A stretch of 64,000 bases of DNA from Octopus vulgaris (lineage: Eukaryota), in contig OX597822.1 in the NCBI GenBank assembly GCA_951406725.2, positions 76,632,001 through 76,696,000 on the forward strand, given 5' to 3'. A model generated the notes under the pieces. The model did not search any database. It saw nothing but the letters and a program-made list of their open reading frames with translations, and had not been told where the DNA came from. This document shows positions 1 to 12,510 of this stretch, piece by piece; the stretch's first letter is position 1, and every line of letters starts with the position of its first letter. Both the position numbers and the translations under genes were made by a program.

Positions 1-13
1 TTTAGGGTTCACA

Positions 14-44
<31 letters not shown>

Positions 45-959
45 TAGATATGTGTGTATATATGAGCATTCCATGGCAGAAGTGTCTAGGTTCCCTCCCT
101 GCAGGTGATGAGGATTGGCAAGCAAGAGTGCTGTGCTGGTTCCATGCTAAAAGCATCCAGCACATTTTGCAAAGTGGTCAGTATTGGGAAGGGCATCCAG
201 CTATAGTAGCTTAGCCAAAACAGCCTGGAGCCCGGTGCAGCTTTCTGGTATGCCAGCTCTGGCCAAACTATCCAACCCATACCAGGAAGGGAAACAGATG
301 TAAAAGGAAAATGACCACAACAATGACGACGACGATGATGATGATATATATGAGTATATATATATATATATACACCTACATGTATGTATATGTACAGCTG
401 TGCAAACATAAACTTACAAATAGATTGATATAAAATTTGCAAACTTGTGTTTAAATACATGCATGGACATGCCATGCAGACTTAATGAGAGAGACACTGA
501 TTCATGCATGTAGGGCGTAACACATTTAAACAAAAGTATTCCATGCATACATGTGCATACACACAAATACCATCTTGCACATTCTCTTTCTCTCTCTCTC
601 TTTTTCTCTTTATCTCATTGTCTCTTGTACACACGCACATACACACATGCAAATATGCCCGTATACTAAAGAAGGAAAAGCTTCATTGAACATATAACTC
701 AAATATTCTCTTCTATACAAATGAACATATTCATACTTACACACACATATATAGACACACATACACACACACACACGCACACACATACATACAGAAACTG
801 AGAGAGAAGGAAAGAGAAAGTGGGCGAGAGAGACAGATGTATATTCATATACTGATATATATGATCATATATATATATATGTATATATGTATATATACAC
901 ACATACACACACACACATATATATATACATATATATATGTTTATATACATACACACACA

Positions 960-994
<35 letters not shown>

Positions 995-1066
995 ATGTAT
1001 ATATACATATATACATACACACATATATGTATATATACATACACACATATATATATGCATATACAT

Positions 1067-1155
<89 letters not shown>

Positions 1156-1518
1156 AACATGTGTGTGTGTGTGCAAATCTGAAATATATTCAAATGCATA
1201 ACTATATCAACATATATGAAGATTAGAGATTGAAATTCTCATCAATATACCACACACACACACACACATTCACACATTAGAGTTTCTTGTTGCTTCAAAG
1301 ACACCTGTCAAATTTTCACTTCCTTGACTTGTTAATAAGAAAAAGGAAATTCCAAGAACATCATTTCAATAGACTTGCCAAATTCATGGCGCCAGCAAAT
1401 CCCCAAACTGCATCATATCTAACTGAATTATGTAATTCATTATTCTTTGACCAACTTCCAGAAGTTTAAAGTTTTACATTATATACACACACATATATAT
1501 ATATATTTACACAGACAC

Positions 1519-1569
<51 letters not shown>

Positions 1570-1574
1570 CATAT

Positions 1575-1611
<37 letters not shown>

Positions 1612-1754
1612 CATATTTATTTATTTGCTGTCTTTAGATAATTTTTCTTATATTTTATAATTTAAAAAATTTTTCATTTTTTTTTCTCTCCGAACAAATT
1701 AATTTCTCTAGAGTTCTTATTGTTGTTGGCAGTCATCAAACTTGGCTAAATATA

Positions 1755-1968
1755 TTTTTCTTCCCTAGGCACAAGGCCCAAAATTTTGGGGGAGGGGTCC
1801 AGTCGATTCGATTAACCCCAGTATGCAACTGATATATAATTTATTGACCCCAATAGGATGAAAGACAAAGTTAACCTCGGCGGAATTTGAACTCAGAACA
1901 TAAAGATAGACGAAATACCACTAAGCATTTTGCCCAGCATGTTCACAATTCTGCCAGCTTGCTGCCTT
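1755..1968 (-). mobile_element. SINE family B (tRNA-like head; core CCTTTCATCCTTTCGGGGTCGATAAATTAAGTACCAG), full length with TSD
   Basis: Flanked by a perfect 17-bp direct repeat AAACTTGGCTAAATATA (1738-1754, 1969-1985). B-box-like GAGTTCAAATTCC on the minus strand. About ten related copies in the window. Confidence 0.85.
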
Positions 1969-2074
1969 AAACTTGGCTAAATATACCCTGGATGTGTTGT
2001 GGATGGGAAGATGGCTACCTGATGGAGGACATTGAACAGTTCTTATCATATCTTATCACCAATTCATCATCTTT

Positions 2075-2485
2075 TTACCTTTTGCTGCTTTCAGGCTTTA
2101 GACTGTGGCCATGCTGGGGCACCACCTTGAAGAATATTTAGTCAAAATGATTCGACCTTAGTACTTCTTTTATTAAGTCTGGTATTTATTATCTCAATCT
2201 CCTTTGCTAAACCACTAAGTTATGGTGATGTAAACGCACCAACACTGGTTGTCAGGAGGTGAGGAGGGGGACAAACACAAGCAGAAAGACACATACACAC
2301 ATAGATACACTCACACACACACACACGCATGCACATATAATGGGCTTCTTTCAGTTTCCTTGTACCAAATCCACTGACAAGGCTTTGGTCAGCCTGACGC
2401 CATAGTTGAAGACTTGCCCAAGGTGCTATGCAGTGGGACTGAACCCAGAACTATGTGGTTATGAAGCAAGCTTCTTACCACACCA
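2075..2485 (-). mobile_element. SINE family A (tRNA-like head, internal microsatellite, tail ...GCATGGCCACAGTC...GAAACAAGTAAAAG)
   Basis: Collinear with the many other family A copies; (CA)n at the standard internal position. Confidence 0.85.
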
Positions 2486-2589
2486 ATGTCACACGAATTC
2501 TAAGACCAAGACCTTTATAGCTTTATCAGTCTCCTACCACCTTCTTTTACTGACACCAGATATCATAAACAAATTCAATTCTCTGCCAG

Positions 2590-2846
2590 AAATGTGGCTT
2601 CATGGTTAGAGTGTTGCACTGATGATCACTAGATTGTGGTTTCAATTCCTAGGCCAGGTAACACGTTGTGTTCTCAAGCAAAACACATCATTGCATGTTG
2701 CTCCACTTTCCCTTTCAATCAGTCAGGGAATGTTAGCCTGCTTGTCTAGTCAGCAGTGTGATTTTCATTTGAAGGATTAAAACAATGCAAAGTGCATTGT
2801 GACCAGTGATGTAAAACAAGGTCTTATAGTCTGGTCGATCACATGA
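2590..2846 (+). mobile_element. tRNA-derived SINE, family E-type head with an alternative tail
   Basis: A-box-like TGGCTTCATGG and B-box-like GGTTTCAATTCC, then TGTGTTCTCAAGCAAAACAC shared with the copies at 7.8, 32.6, 39.8 and 61.5 kb. Confidence 0.65.
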
Positions 2847-3294
2847 GTGGTTGGTGTTAGGAAGGGCATCCAGCCATATAAACCCTGCCAAAACAGATAG
2901 GGTCGCAAATGGTAGTTTTTCTACCTGGCCAGCTCCTGTGAACCATCCTGCCCATACATGCATGGAAGATGGATGTTAAATGATGATGTTGATGATGATG
3001 ATATATAGGAGTACAAACTAGGGATCTGAGTGTAGCGATTTTGTAAGCTTCGAGCTTACAGGTATAGAGAACAAAATATGGACAGTTGTGTTGCATAACA
3101 CTTATGTCAGTGAATCAGCTTAGAAACATTTATCCTGCATTTTACCTGTTCCATTCTTGCAATTTAGATATTCTTTTATTCCTCATCTCTTAAATATAGA
3201 ACTGTATACAGCACTGTTTCTACATCACGGATTTTCAGCTATCATGGGGAGTTTTGGAATGAAACACCTGCGATAGACGAGGAATTATTGTATA

Positions 3295-3577
3295 ATCATC
3301 ATCATCATTATTATTTAACATCCATTGTCTATGCTGGTATGGGTTGGATGGTTTGACTGGACTGGCATGCTGGAAGGCTGTGCCAGGATCCAGTCTGATT
3401 TGGCACGGCTTTCTATGGCTGGATGCCCTTCCTAACATCAACCACTCTGAGAGTGTAACCGGTGTTTGTATGTGCCACTGGCACAGGTGCCATTTGTGTG
3501 ACACCGGTATCTGACACAGCTGCAATTTTTCTTGGCTTGATGGGTCTTCTTCTCAAGCACAACATAATGCCAAAGGT
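3295..3577 (-). mobile_element. Family C interspersed repeat (GGTTGGCGTTAGGAAGGGCATCCAGC core, (GAT)n tail)
   Basis: Matches more than ten copies in the window; the (CAT)n run on + is the tail. Confidence 0.8.
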
Positions 3578-3706
3578 CTATATATATATATATATATATG
3601 CATGCATATATACATAAGGATAAGTATATTTAAAAGGGTCCATGAGATGAGAAAACTCATTTAAATAAAAGGGGATCCTTGGTAGTGAAAAGGTTGGGAG
3701 CCACTG

Positions 3707-4033
3707 TACTAGAGCCTCAGGCCAACCAAAACCTTGTGAGTGTATGTGGTAGATGGAAACTAAAAGAAGCCCATCATATATAAATTCATGTATGGATCGA
3801 TGGGTTGGTGTTTTCATGTTTGTCTCCCACTACCACCACTTGAGAACTGGTGTTGGTGTGTTTATGTTCCTATAACTTAGCAGTTCAGCAAAAGAGAATG
3901 ATAGAATAAGTGCCAGGCTTCACAAGAGAATGATAAGAACTGGAATCAATTCGTTCGACTAAAATTCTTCAATTCAGTGCCCCAGTATGACCACAGTCTA
4001 ATGATGGGAACAAGTGAAAAGTAGAAGATAAAA
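3707..4033 (+). mobile_element. SINE family A, 5'-truncated, abutting a hAT-MITE end (GGTTGGGAGCCACTG)
   Basis: Sequence similarity to family A; hAT-like TIR at ~3692-3706. Confidence 0.75.
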
Positions 4034-4468
4034 GATGTGTGTGTATGTGTATGTGTGTGTACATGTGTGTGTATGTATGAATGTGTGTGTCTGTGTGTGT
4101 GCATGTACATGTGTCTGTGCATATGTCTATGTATGTGTGCATGTTCGTGTGCATATATGTGTCAGTGTATTTGTGTGTGTTTGCATATATGTATGTATGT
4201 GTGCATATGTGTATATGTGTGCATACATGTATGCATATGTATGTGTGTGCATATGTGTTTGTATGCATGCATGTGTGCATATATGTGTATATGTGTATGT
4301 ATGTACATGTGTGTGCATGTGTTTTTGCATATGTGTATGTGCATTTGTGTGTATGTATGTGTCTGTGTGCATACGTGTATGCATGTGCATGTGTGTGTGC
4401 ATGTGTATGTATGTATGCATGTGTGTGCATATGTGTGTGTCTGTGCATTTGTCGTGCATGTACATATA
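4034..4468. repeat. Degenerate (TG/TA/TGCA)n purine-pyrimidine low-complexity tract
   Basis: Seen directly; it explains the overlapping C/V/Y/H/T-rich ORFs. Confidence 0.95.
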
Positions 4469-5534
4469 ATGGACACTGTGCCATATAATGGAGCCACATA
4501 TTAAACACAGAGAAATCTGTATAGATTTCAACACAGAAATGTAGGTTTGCATTAAATGCATTCCACCCCCGCCATCCACTTATTCTTAGAGGCAGGCCAG
4601 GAAGCAATTTGAACTGCAGTTACTCGAATCTTATTTATATCACTAATAATAAACATATATCAGTCTCTGGAAATGGACTGTGGGTTGGGGCGGGGGAGTA
4701 AAAGCAAACGAACAAAAAAACTTTGTGTTTTTATTATTTCTACTTTGCTCGCATACTTGCACTCGTTTGTGCACTTACATACGTGCATAATCAGGTTCGC
4801 GAATACACATACGTGTGTGTAGTTGTATGCATGTAGGTGTATGTATGTATGTGTGTTTTCATTGCAGAACCCAAGCTTTTGTGCAGCAAACGAAAGCCCT
4901 AGGCTAGGGCACCAATCTTAAATGAAGTATTGATCTAATTCATATATTAAGTATTGAATATTTCCACAGCTCCAGGAGAGTATTTTTATATCATTTCAGC
5001 TTTGTTTTCTTATACATTTTGGCCATAACCAACGACAACAACAGCAACAACAACAATCATCGTTATCATCATCATCAGTAACAATACTGCCACAACCATC
5101 AACGTTAAAAACAAAAATAATACACGTTATAGATATTATCGTTTTACCATTTTCTTTTGCTAGAAATGGGTTTTGCTGTTGATGGTGGTCAAACTTTGTT
5201 TATGCAATTCTTAATCCATCTATGATCATCTAGCTTCATTTTGAAGTTCTTTTCCAGGCATAGTGTATCTAGTGCTACATTATCCTAAGTCTCCTTTCCT
5301 CTTTAAGGTAGTACAGTACGTATGAAGGAAGACGTATAAGTTCAGGAGTGGCTGTGTCGTAAGAAATTTACTTCCCAGCCACATGGTTCTGTGTTTAATA
5401 TTGCTGCATGTTGCCTTGGGCAAATGTCTTCTTTTATAGCACTATACCAGCCAAAACCTTGTGAATAGATCTGTAAAAAAAACCCATCATATATATGTGT
5501 ATTAACCACCAGATAAGGGATCAGGTTTCCCTAT

Positions 5535-5735
5535 CAAAGCCAAGTACAGAGGTTTATCTTTGGCTAGGTATTTCTGCTGCAGCTGTCTTACCAGAAATAT
5601 AGCATCAGTGGTGCTTCTCCCTGGTACAAACCCAGACTGTATCTCATCTTGACTAGCTCTCCTCCTAATTAGTTGGGTTATGATCCTCTCTGCGACTTTC
5701 ATCCCCTGATCCAACAATTTGATACTTCTGTAATT
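5535..5735 (-). mobile_element. RTE-clade LINE reverse-transcriptase fragment
   Basis: Minus-strand translation NYRSIKLLDQGMKVAERIITQLIRRRASQDEIQSGFVPGRSTTDAIFLVRQLQQKYLAKDKPLYLA matches the non-LTR RT motifs NYRxIxLL and QxGFxxGRSTTDAIF. Truncated on both sides. Confidence 0.9.
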
Positions 5736-6101
5736 GAGAAGGACCTATCAAGACAAATGAGTTTGTAGTCGTGGCTGATGCCAGTATCACCTGCCTGGCA
5801 CCCATGCTGGTGGCACATAAAAAGCACTATTCCAGTGTGGCCGATGCCAGAGCCGCCTAGCTGGCACCCATGCTGGTGGCATGTAAAAAGCGCCATTCGA
5901 GTATGGCCAATGCCTGAGCTGCCTAACTGGCACCTGTGCTGGTGGCATGTAAAAAGCACTCACTGCTTTCTTGGAGTGGTAGGCATTAAGGAAGGGCATC
6001 CAGCTATAAAACTTAGATTGGAGCCTTGTGCAGCTTCCCAGAATGCCAGTTCTAAGTCATACTGTCCAACCTATGCCAGAATGGAAAGCAGATGTTAAAC
6101 A

Positions 6102-6133
<32 letters not shown>
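5736..6133 (+). mobile_element. Family C element with three internal 66-bp tandem units
   Basis: Units start at 5771, 5837 and 5903; the core and the (GAT)n tail follow. Confidence 0.85.
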
Positions 6134-6134
<1 letters not shown>

Positions 6135-6234
6135 GTGTGTGTGTGTGTGTGTATAAACAAAAACAGTCACACTCTCAGACTGCAACAATGGCCTGAATAC
6201 ACATAATTTACAGCATATCTCCATGTATTGTTAT

Positions 6235-6450
6235 ATTCTCTTATTCATTTCAGTCACTTGACTGTGGTCATGCTGGAGCACCGCCTTTAGTCAAGAAAAT
6301 CAACGCCAGAACTTATTCTTTCTAAGCCTAATACTTATTCTATTGGTCTCTTTTGCCAAATCACTAAGTTACGGAGATATAGACACACCAGCATTGGTTG
6401 TCAAGCGATTTTGGGGGACAAACACAGACACACAAACATATACATATACA

Positions 6451-6493
<43 letters not shown>

Positions 6494-6656
6494 CGAGTTT
6501 CTTTCAGTTTCCATCTACCAAATCCACTCACAAGGCTTTGGTTGGCCCGAGACTATAGTAGAAGACACTTGCCCATGGTGCCACATAGTGGGATTGAACC
6601 CGGAACCATGAGGTTGGTAAGCAAGCTTCTTACCACACAGCCACTCCTGCACCTAT
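6235..6656 (-). mobile_element. SINE family A, full length
   Basis: Head, internal (TA)n and tail all present. Confidence 0.9.
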
Positions 6657-7029
6657 ACACTTTTGAAAATCTGTGAAACTGGTAAAGTGTATTCTTATAT
6701 TTTAAAATATTATTAAATTCTTCTTATTTCTAATATATTCTCTGTACATTTTCAACTTCATTTCCTCAATTCCTCCACCTGTTTGGATTAATAACAATAT
6801 ATGTATATTATTGTGTCTGGGGAGGGTCATTCTCTTTTAATGCCTTAATACTGTAACTTAGTGGTTCAGCAAAACAGACTGATAAAATAAAAATAAGTAT
6901 CAGGCATTACAAAAATATAAATACTGCGATAGATTTGTTCAACAAAAATTCTTGCTGGCACATGCTCCAGCATCGCCACAACCTACAGACTGAAAAAGAC
7001 AAAACGTAAAACAATACAGAACTGTTCTC

Positions 7030-7215
7030 TCACTGACATATGGAACCAGACACGAAACAATCTGGAACGAGGATTTTTCTTTCTCCACAATATGTGTTTC
7101 TCAGTGTTTTGACACATTTATCCAATATTTCACCATCACAGCACTTAAACCAACCCAATTTCTTTGATTCCATGCAACAAATATTTGTTTCTGTAGTCAA
7201 TTGTGCAAACATCCC
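7030..7215 (-). CDS. Possible isolated Cys-rich exon (unverified)
   Basis: Non-repetitive open frame with 8 Cys in ~60 aa (ICC...KCCDG...YCG). Preceded by a tttag acceptor-like site (AG at 7217-7216), with a possible GTGAGA donor at 7033. No partner exons found. Confidence 0.15.
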   Translation of the reverse strand, partial: GMFAQLTTETNICCMESKKLGWFKCCDGEILDKCVKTLRNTYCGERKILVPDCFVSGSICQ

Positions 7216-7789
7216 CTAAAGTTAAACATTATTTATGCAATTCAAATTTCCAAATCATTTTCTTCCAAATATTTATTTAATTTTGTTTTATATTCTTTAA
7301 TTAATATATTTTTTCTTCTTTTTTTTTTGACTAATTCTTTTAAGACCTATTTACTACTGAACAAAATTGAATTCCAACCAATAACAGTAATGTCACAAAA
7401 ATAATAATTCTTTATTTTGCGACAATGGCATGAATAGAAGAACCATTAGTAACAAACAAATATTGGAAAGCAAGGAATTAATATGTAGAATATAACAATG
7501 ATTAAAATATGTGTGAGTAGAATATATGAAAATATCAATATAATAAAAATATATATACAGTGATCAATAAATAGTTCTATGAATGGAAAAGAATGAAAGC
7601 TGCATAAAGAGGGTTAGAGAAAAATGAAGCAATATGAAAATCACAATTGACCTCAATTGTGGTTTTCCAGATCATATCGAAACTTACTTTTGTTGATTGA
7701 CTTGGAATTTTTGGATATTGGTGCTACCAAGTATGAATGATAAAGAATTTTGTCTGCTCAATGTAATAGCTGTTACAGATATTCACCAT

Positions 7790-8095
7790 GTTCTAGAGCT
7801 CACAAGCATGAGGTAGTAAGCTTGTTTCCCGGATCAGGCTGTGTGTTGTGTTCTTGAGCAAGACTCTTTATTTCACGTTACGCTAGTTCACTCAGCTGAA
7901 GACATGGGTTGCTACATCACTGGTGCCAAGCTGTATCGGCCTTGCATAACATCGATGGCATGGAGAGGGGAGGCAGGTATGCATGAGCAGCTGTAGATCT
8001 TCCATAAGAAAACCTTGCTGGACTTATGCCTCAGAAGCTAACTTTCTAGATGCAGTCCCATGGTCATTCAAGACTGAAGGAATTTTTTTTACCCT
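7790..8095 (+). mobile_element. SINE family E (5'-degenerate)
   Basis: Collinear with 32612-32936 and 61460-61785. Confidence 0.75.
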
Positions 8096-8196
8096 TTTAT
8101 ATATTTATTTATTTATTTTATTTATTATTATAAATTGAATAGAAAATTGTTAAAATATTTTGTGTATTGTAGAAATATAACCAATTTATTTCACAT

Positions 8197-8358
8197 AGGC
8201 ATAGGAGTGGCTGTGTGGTAAGTAGCTTGCTTCCCAACCACATGGTTCCAGGTTCAGTCCCACTGTGTGGCACCTTGGGCGAGTGTCTTCTACTATAGCT
8301 TCGGGCCAACTAAAGCCTTGTGAGTGGATTTGGTAGATGGAAACTAAAAGAAGCCCAT

Positions 8359-8401
<43 letters not shown>

Positions 8402-8576
8402 GTATATATATATATATGTATGTGTGTGTTTGTGTGTTATATGTTTGTGTGTCTGTGTTTGTCCTCCCAACATCACTTGACAACCAATGCTGGTGTGTTT
8501 ACGTCCCCGTAACTTAGCAGTTCAGCAAAAAGAGACTAATAGAATAAGTACTAGGCTTATAAAGAATAAGTCCTGG
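8197..8576 (+). mobile_element. SINE family A, 3' end cut at the RTE fragment
   Basis: Near-consensus head GGAGTGGCTGTGTGGTAAGTAGCTTG...GGTTCAGTCCC. Confidence 0.9.
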
Positions 8577-8974
8577 CTTTTTAAACCAGACAATGTTTTG
8601 AAAAGACACCCATATAGATTGCATATCCGATTTGGACCACCAAGAGCTGCAGATAAGTTCTGATCTTTGTGGATCTTAAAATGTCTTTTGAGGCCTCCAT
8701 TGGATTTGCAGACCTTCTGGCATACATGGCATTGAAAGGTGTGCACAGACATATTGACAGAATAGTTGGTGGAGGTTTGTTTTCCATGGGTTCGCAAATG
8801 AGATTTGAGCCAAGCAAAAGAACAGCATGGTCTGTCACAAAGTGTGCACACGAAAAAGGGTCATTGCCATTCACCTTCTCAATCATAACATTCTTCCTTA
8901 AATCTTTCTTGAGTCTTGCATGCATTATTCTGGCCTCCTCAAACACTTTCACTCCAGTCCACACTTTTGTTCGC

Positions 8975-8975
<1 letters not shown>
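8575..8975 (-). mobile_element. RTE-type LINE ORF C-terminal fragment with three C2H2 zinc fingers (frameshifted)
   Basis: WRTKVWTGVKVFEEARIMHARLKKDLRK is a typical RTE/BovB C-terminal WR...FE motif. After a frameshift near 8845 come CTLCDRPCCSFAWLKSHLRTH, CHVCQKVCKSNGGLKRHFKIH and a degenerate third finger. Confidence 0.75.
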
Positions 8976-9027
<52 letters not shown>

Positions 9028-9669
9028 GTATGTATGTATGTATATATACATACATATATGTTTACATATCTATGTGTGTCTCTATCCCCCACCATTGCTT
9101 AACAACAAGTGTTGGTTTGTTTAAGACCCCTATGACTTAGCAGTTCAACCAAAGTGTTCAATATAATAAGTACCAGGCTGAAAAAAATTACTGGGGTCAA
9201 TCTGTTTGACTAAAACCTTTCAAGTGGTGCCCCAGCATGGACACAGCCAGATGACTGAAAGAAATAAAAGATGATTATGATGATGATGTTTCATGGATTA
9301 AAACCATGGTTACAAAGATTATTCTCTTGCTTTCTCCTCTGCACTAAGTATGACCTTTCTCATCCTGTAGCTTGAAGCTGTCTTCACTAACCAGAGCAAT
9401 CATTATCTCCGTAAAACTATTCTTATCATTCAACTTCCAATTTGATATAATATTACATTATTTGGGGATGTTTCAAAAATTTAGAGTTAGTTTATTTAAT
9501 TCTCCAGCCCTTTCCACATTGCTTTGAGAAAGTCTCAGTACCATGCCATCGATGTTCTCATATTGCTTCACATTAATGAGGCTTTTCTCATTAAAATAAA
9601 GCAATACACTGTTCAGTCTTCTTGAAACCGCAGCCAATTCTCTCTCGAGTATTAGATTGTTTGTCTTAA

Positions 9670-10160
9670 CCCAACGACAAGCATTCCAGTTGATCCAATC
9701 AATGGAACAGCCTGCTCATGCAATTAGTAATTCACAGATGTGTATAACCCTTAACATAGTTCTCAGGGAGATCCTTGTCACAGTACGTGACAAGGTTGGC
9801 TCTTTGAATTACAGATACAAGTCACTTTTGCCAGGTGAGTGGACTGGGGCAATCATCATCATCATCATCATCGTTTTAGCGTCCGCTTTCCATGCTAGCA
9901 TGGGTTGGACGGTTCAATTGGGGTCTGGGAAGCCAGAAGGCTGCACCAGGCCCAGTCTGATCTGGCAATGTTTCTATGGCTGGATGCCCTTCCTAACGCC
10001 AACCACTCCATGAGTGTAGTGGGTGCTTTTTACATGCCACCGGCACGGGGGCCAGCTGAGGCTGGCAATGGCCACAATCGGATTGTGCAATGTGAAATGA
10101 AATTTCTTGCTCTAGGACACAATACACCACCTGATCCAGGTATTGAACTCACAACTTTAG
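9670..10160 (-). mobile_element. SINE with family E-type head and OK-like tail, interrupted by a family C element (~9853-10083)
   Basis: Tail resembles 48220-48380 and head resembles family E. GCAAT occurs on both sides of the nested insert. Confidence 0.65.
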
Positions 10161-10310
10161 AACCATACACTTTCAGAACCCTTTTAAAATGTCTCCATCT
10201 AAGACCAGCCCTAGTTCAATAATACAAGATTCTTGTTACGAAGCGATCTAAATTAAAACTTCCCTTCAAAATTTCATGTTAATATATTTTCTCAACACCT
10301 GCATAATAAT

Positions 10311-11061
10311 CCTTTCTACTGGAAGCACAAGCCCTTAAATTTTGGGGAAGGTATTAAGTCGATTACATTGACCCCAGTGTGTAACTGGTACTTAATTAAT
10401 CAACCCTGAAAGGATGAAATATAAAGTCGACCTCAGCAGAATTTGAACTCAGAATGTAGCGATGAGCAATATACCGCTAAGCATTTCATCCTAATGATTC
10501 TGCCAGCTCACCACCTTAAATGCCGGCTTAATAATGACAAAGTTAGTTTACTAAATTCATTAGTTTTTAAAAAATTAATTAAAATACAGTAGCTATATTT
10601 CAACTTGATAAATCCTTTCTGTTATAGGCACAAGGCCTGAAATTTTGGGGGAGGGGACAAGTTGATTACATCAACCTCAGAATTTCATTGGTTCTTAAAT
10701 TATCAACCCTGAGAGGATGAAAGGCAAAGTTGACCTCGGCGGAATTTGAACTCAGAACGTGACAACGGACGAAATACCACTAAACATTTCATCCACCATG
10801 CTAACAACTCAGTCAGTTTGCTGCCTTAGATTACAACTTAACAACCCTTTTTTCTTATAGGCACAAGGCCTGAAATTTTGGGAGAGGAGACAAGTCGATT
10901 ACATCGACCTCAGAATTTCACTGGTTCTTAAATTATCAACCCTGAGAGGATGAAAGGCAAATTCAACCTCGGTGGGATTTGATCTCAGAACATAGCAACA
11001 GGTGAAATACTGCTAAGCATTTCTTCCAGCGTGCTAACAGCTCAGCCAGCTCGCTGCCTTA
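10311..11061 (-). mobile_element. Three head-to-tail SINE family B copies (10311-10518, 10612-10829, 10845-11061)
   Basis: Direct repeats; the last two share the private variants CCTCAGAATTTCA and CAACCCTGAGAGG. Confidence 0.85.
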
Positions 11062-11642
11062 TGTTTCAACTTAATAATATTAATAATATTAGCTAAACCA
11101 GGTTAAATAATAACAGGTACATTGAATTAGTCCTACGTACAGTATATTTTTAAAAAATTATTACTGTTTTTGATCCAGTTTCCATACCTATCCCTGCCTA
11201 TTGCTATGAATATTGGGGAATGACCAAAAGAATACAATTACATACACAAGCAACTAAAATAGAATTCCTCAGAAGGTTTTCTGTGGTAATGTTATACAAC
11301 AGAGAGAAAGGAATCGCTGTAGGTTGAGTCACAGCTTCCCCATGTGCAGGAATGCGATTAGAATGTCACAGGAAAGCAATGAGGGTGGATTCTTCAAGCC
11401 AAGCCAACTGACAGGAAACTTAAGCTTAGACCAAGAACAGGGTGTTTGGGTCATATATATATATATATATATATATAGAGGCACAGTCAAGGTAGTGAGA
11501 TGGCCGAAGTGTTAGCATGCTTGGCAGAATGCTTAGCAGCATTTTGCCATTCCTCCTTTCAGGGTCGATGAAATATAAGTACCCGTTGAGTCCCTGGGTG
11601 TGTGTGTGTGGGGGGGCGGGGTCAGTCTAAAGAACTAATCCC

Positions 11643-11817
11643 GAGTGTCTGTGTGGTAAGTAGCTTACTTACCAGCCACATGGTTCACGTTCAGTCCCAC
11701 TGCGTGGCACCTTGGGCAAGTGTCTTCTTCTATAGCCCCAGGTTGACCAAAGCCTTGAGTGGATTTGGTAGACGGAAACTGAAAGAAGCCCATCGTATAT
11801 ATATATATATACTAGCA

Positions 11818-11856
<39 letters not shown>

Positions 11857-12225
11857 TGGAGGAGTGGCTGTGGTAAGTAACTTGCTTACCAACCACATGG
11901 TTCTGGGTTCAGTCATGCTATGTGGCACTCGGTGTCTTCTGCTATATCCTCGGCCTGACCAAAGCCTTGTGAGTGGATTTGGAAGATGGAAGCTGAAAGA
12001 AGCCCATCATATATATATATATGTATGTATGCGTGTGTGGGTATGTTTGCATGTCCCCCTGCCACCGCTTGACATCCCTGTAACTTAGCGGTTTGGCAAA
12101 AGAGACCGATAGAATAAGTACTAGGCTTACAAAGAATAAGTCCTGGGTTTGATTTGTTCAACTAAAGGCAGTGCTCCAGCATGGCCACAGTCAAATGACT
12201 GAAACGAATCAGAGAATAAAAGAAT
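11643..12225 (+). mobile_element. SINE family A 5' half followed by a complete copy
   Basis: Two heads at ~11645 and ~11858, separated by (TA)n. Confidence 0.85.
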
Positions 12226-12292
12226 ATCCCAAAATTACTGACATTGTACCAAAATTTGAAATCAATATATACACATATATATATAATCATAG

Positions 12293-12510
12293 AAGTTGAC
12301 AAGCTGGCAGAATCATTTGGTGGCCTGGCAAAATGTTTAGCAGCATCTCATCTGACTTTATGTTCTGAGTTCAAATTCCGCCAAGGTAGACTTTGCCTTT
12401 CATCCTGTCAGGGTCGATAAAATAAGTACCAGTTGCATACTGGAGGATGGATGTAATTGACTTATCACCCTCCCACAAAATTACTGGCCTTGTGCCAAAA
12501 TTTGAAATCA
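12293..12510 (+). mobile_element. SINE family B
   Basis: GTTCTGAGTTCAAATTCCGCC...CCTTTCATCCTGTCAGGGTCGATAAAATAAGTACCAG. Confidence 0.8.

Noticed and set aside
699-1226. Long overlapping ORFs rich in Y/I/H/T/C/V (also at 4.0, 25.1, 27.3, 28.3, 35.0, 41.7, 42.6, 52.6 and 55.3 kb)
   Set aside because: They are translations of dinucleotide repeats that lack stop codons, and are open in several frames on both strands.
5771-5960. Regularly spaced repeats as a CRISPR array or repeat protein (WHPCWWH)
   Set aside because: Whole units are homologous with no unique spacers, there are no cas genes, and the context is a eukaryotic repeat.
7809-7825. TGAGGTAGTAAGCTTGT resembles the 5' part of let-7/miR-98
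   Set aside because: It lies in a family E SINE head, the 3' half does not match and there is no precursor hairpin.
9300-9660. Minus-strand stretch with a ~60-codon open frame (NLILERELAAVSRRLNSV...)
   Set aside because: Interrupted by stops downstream, with no recognisable motif or splice sites.
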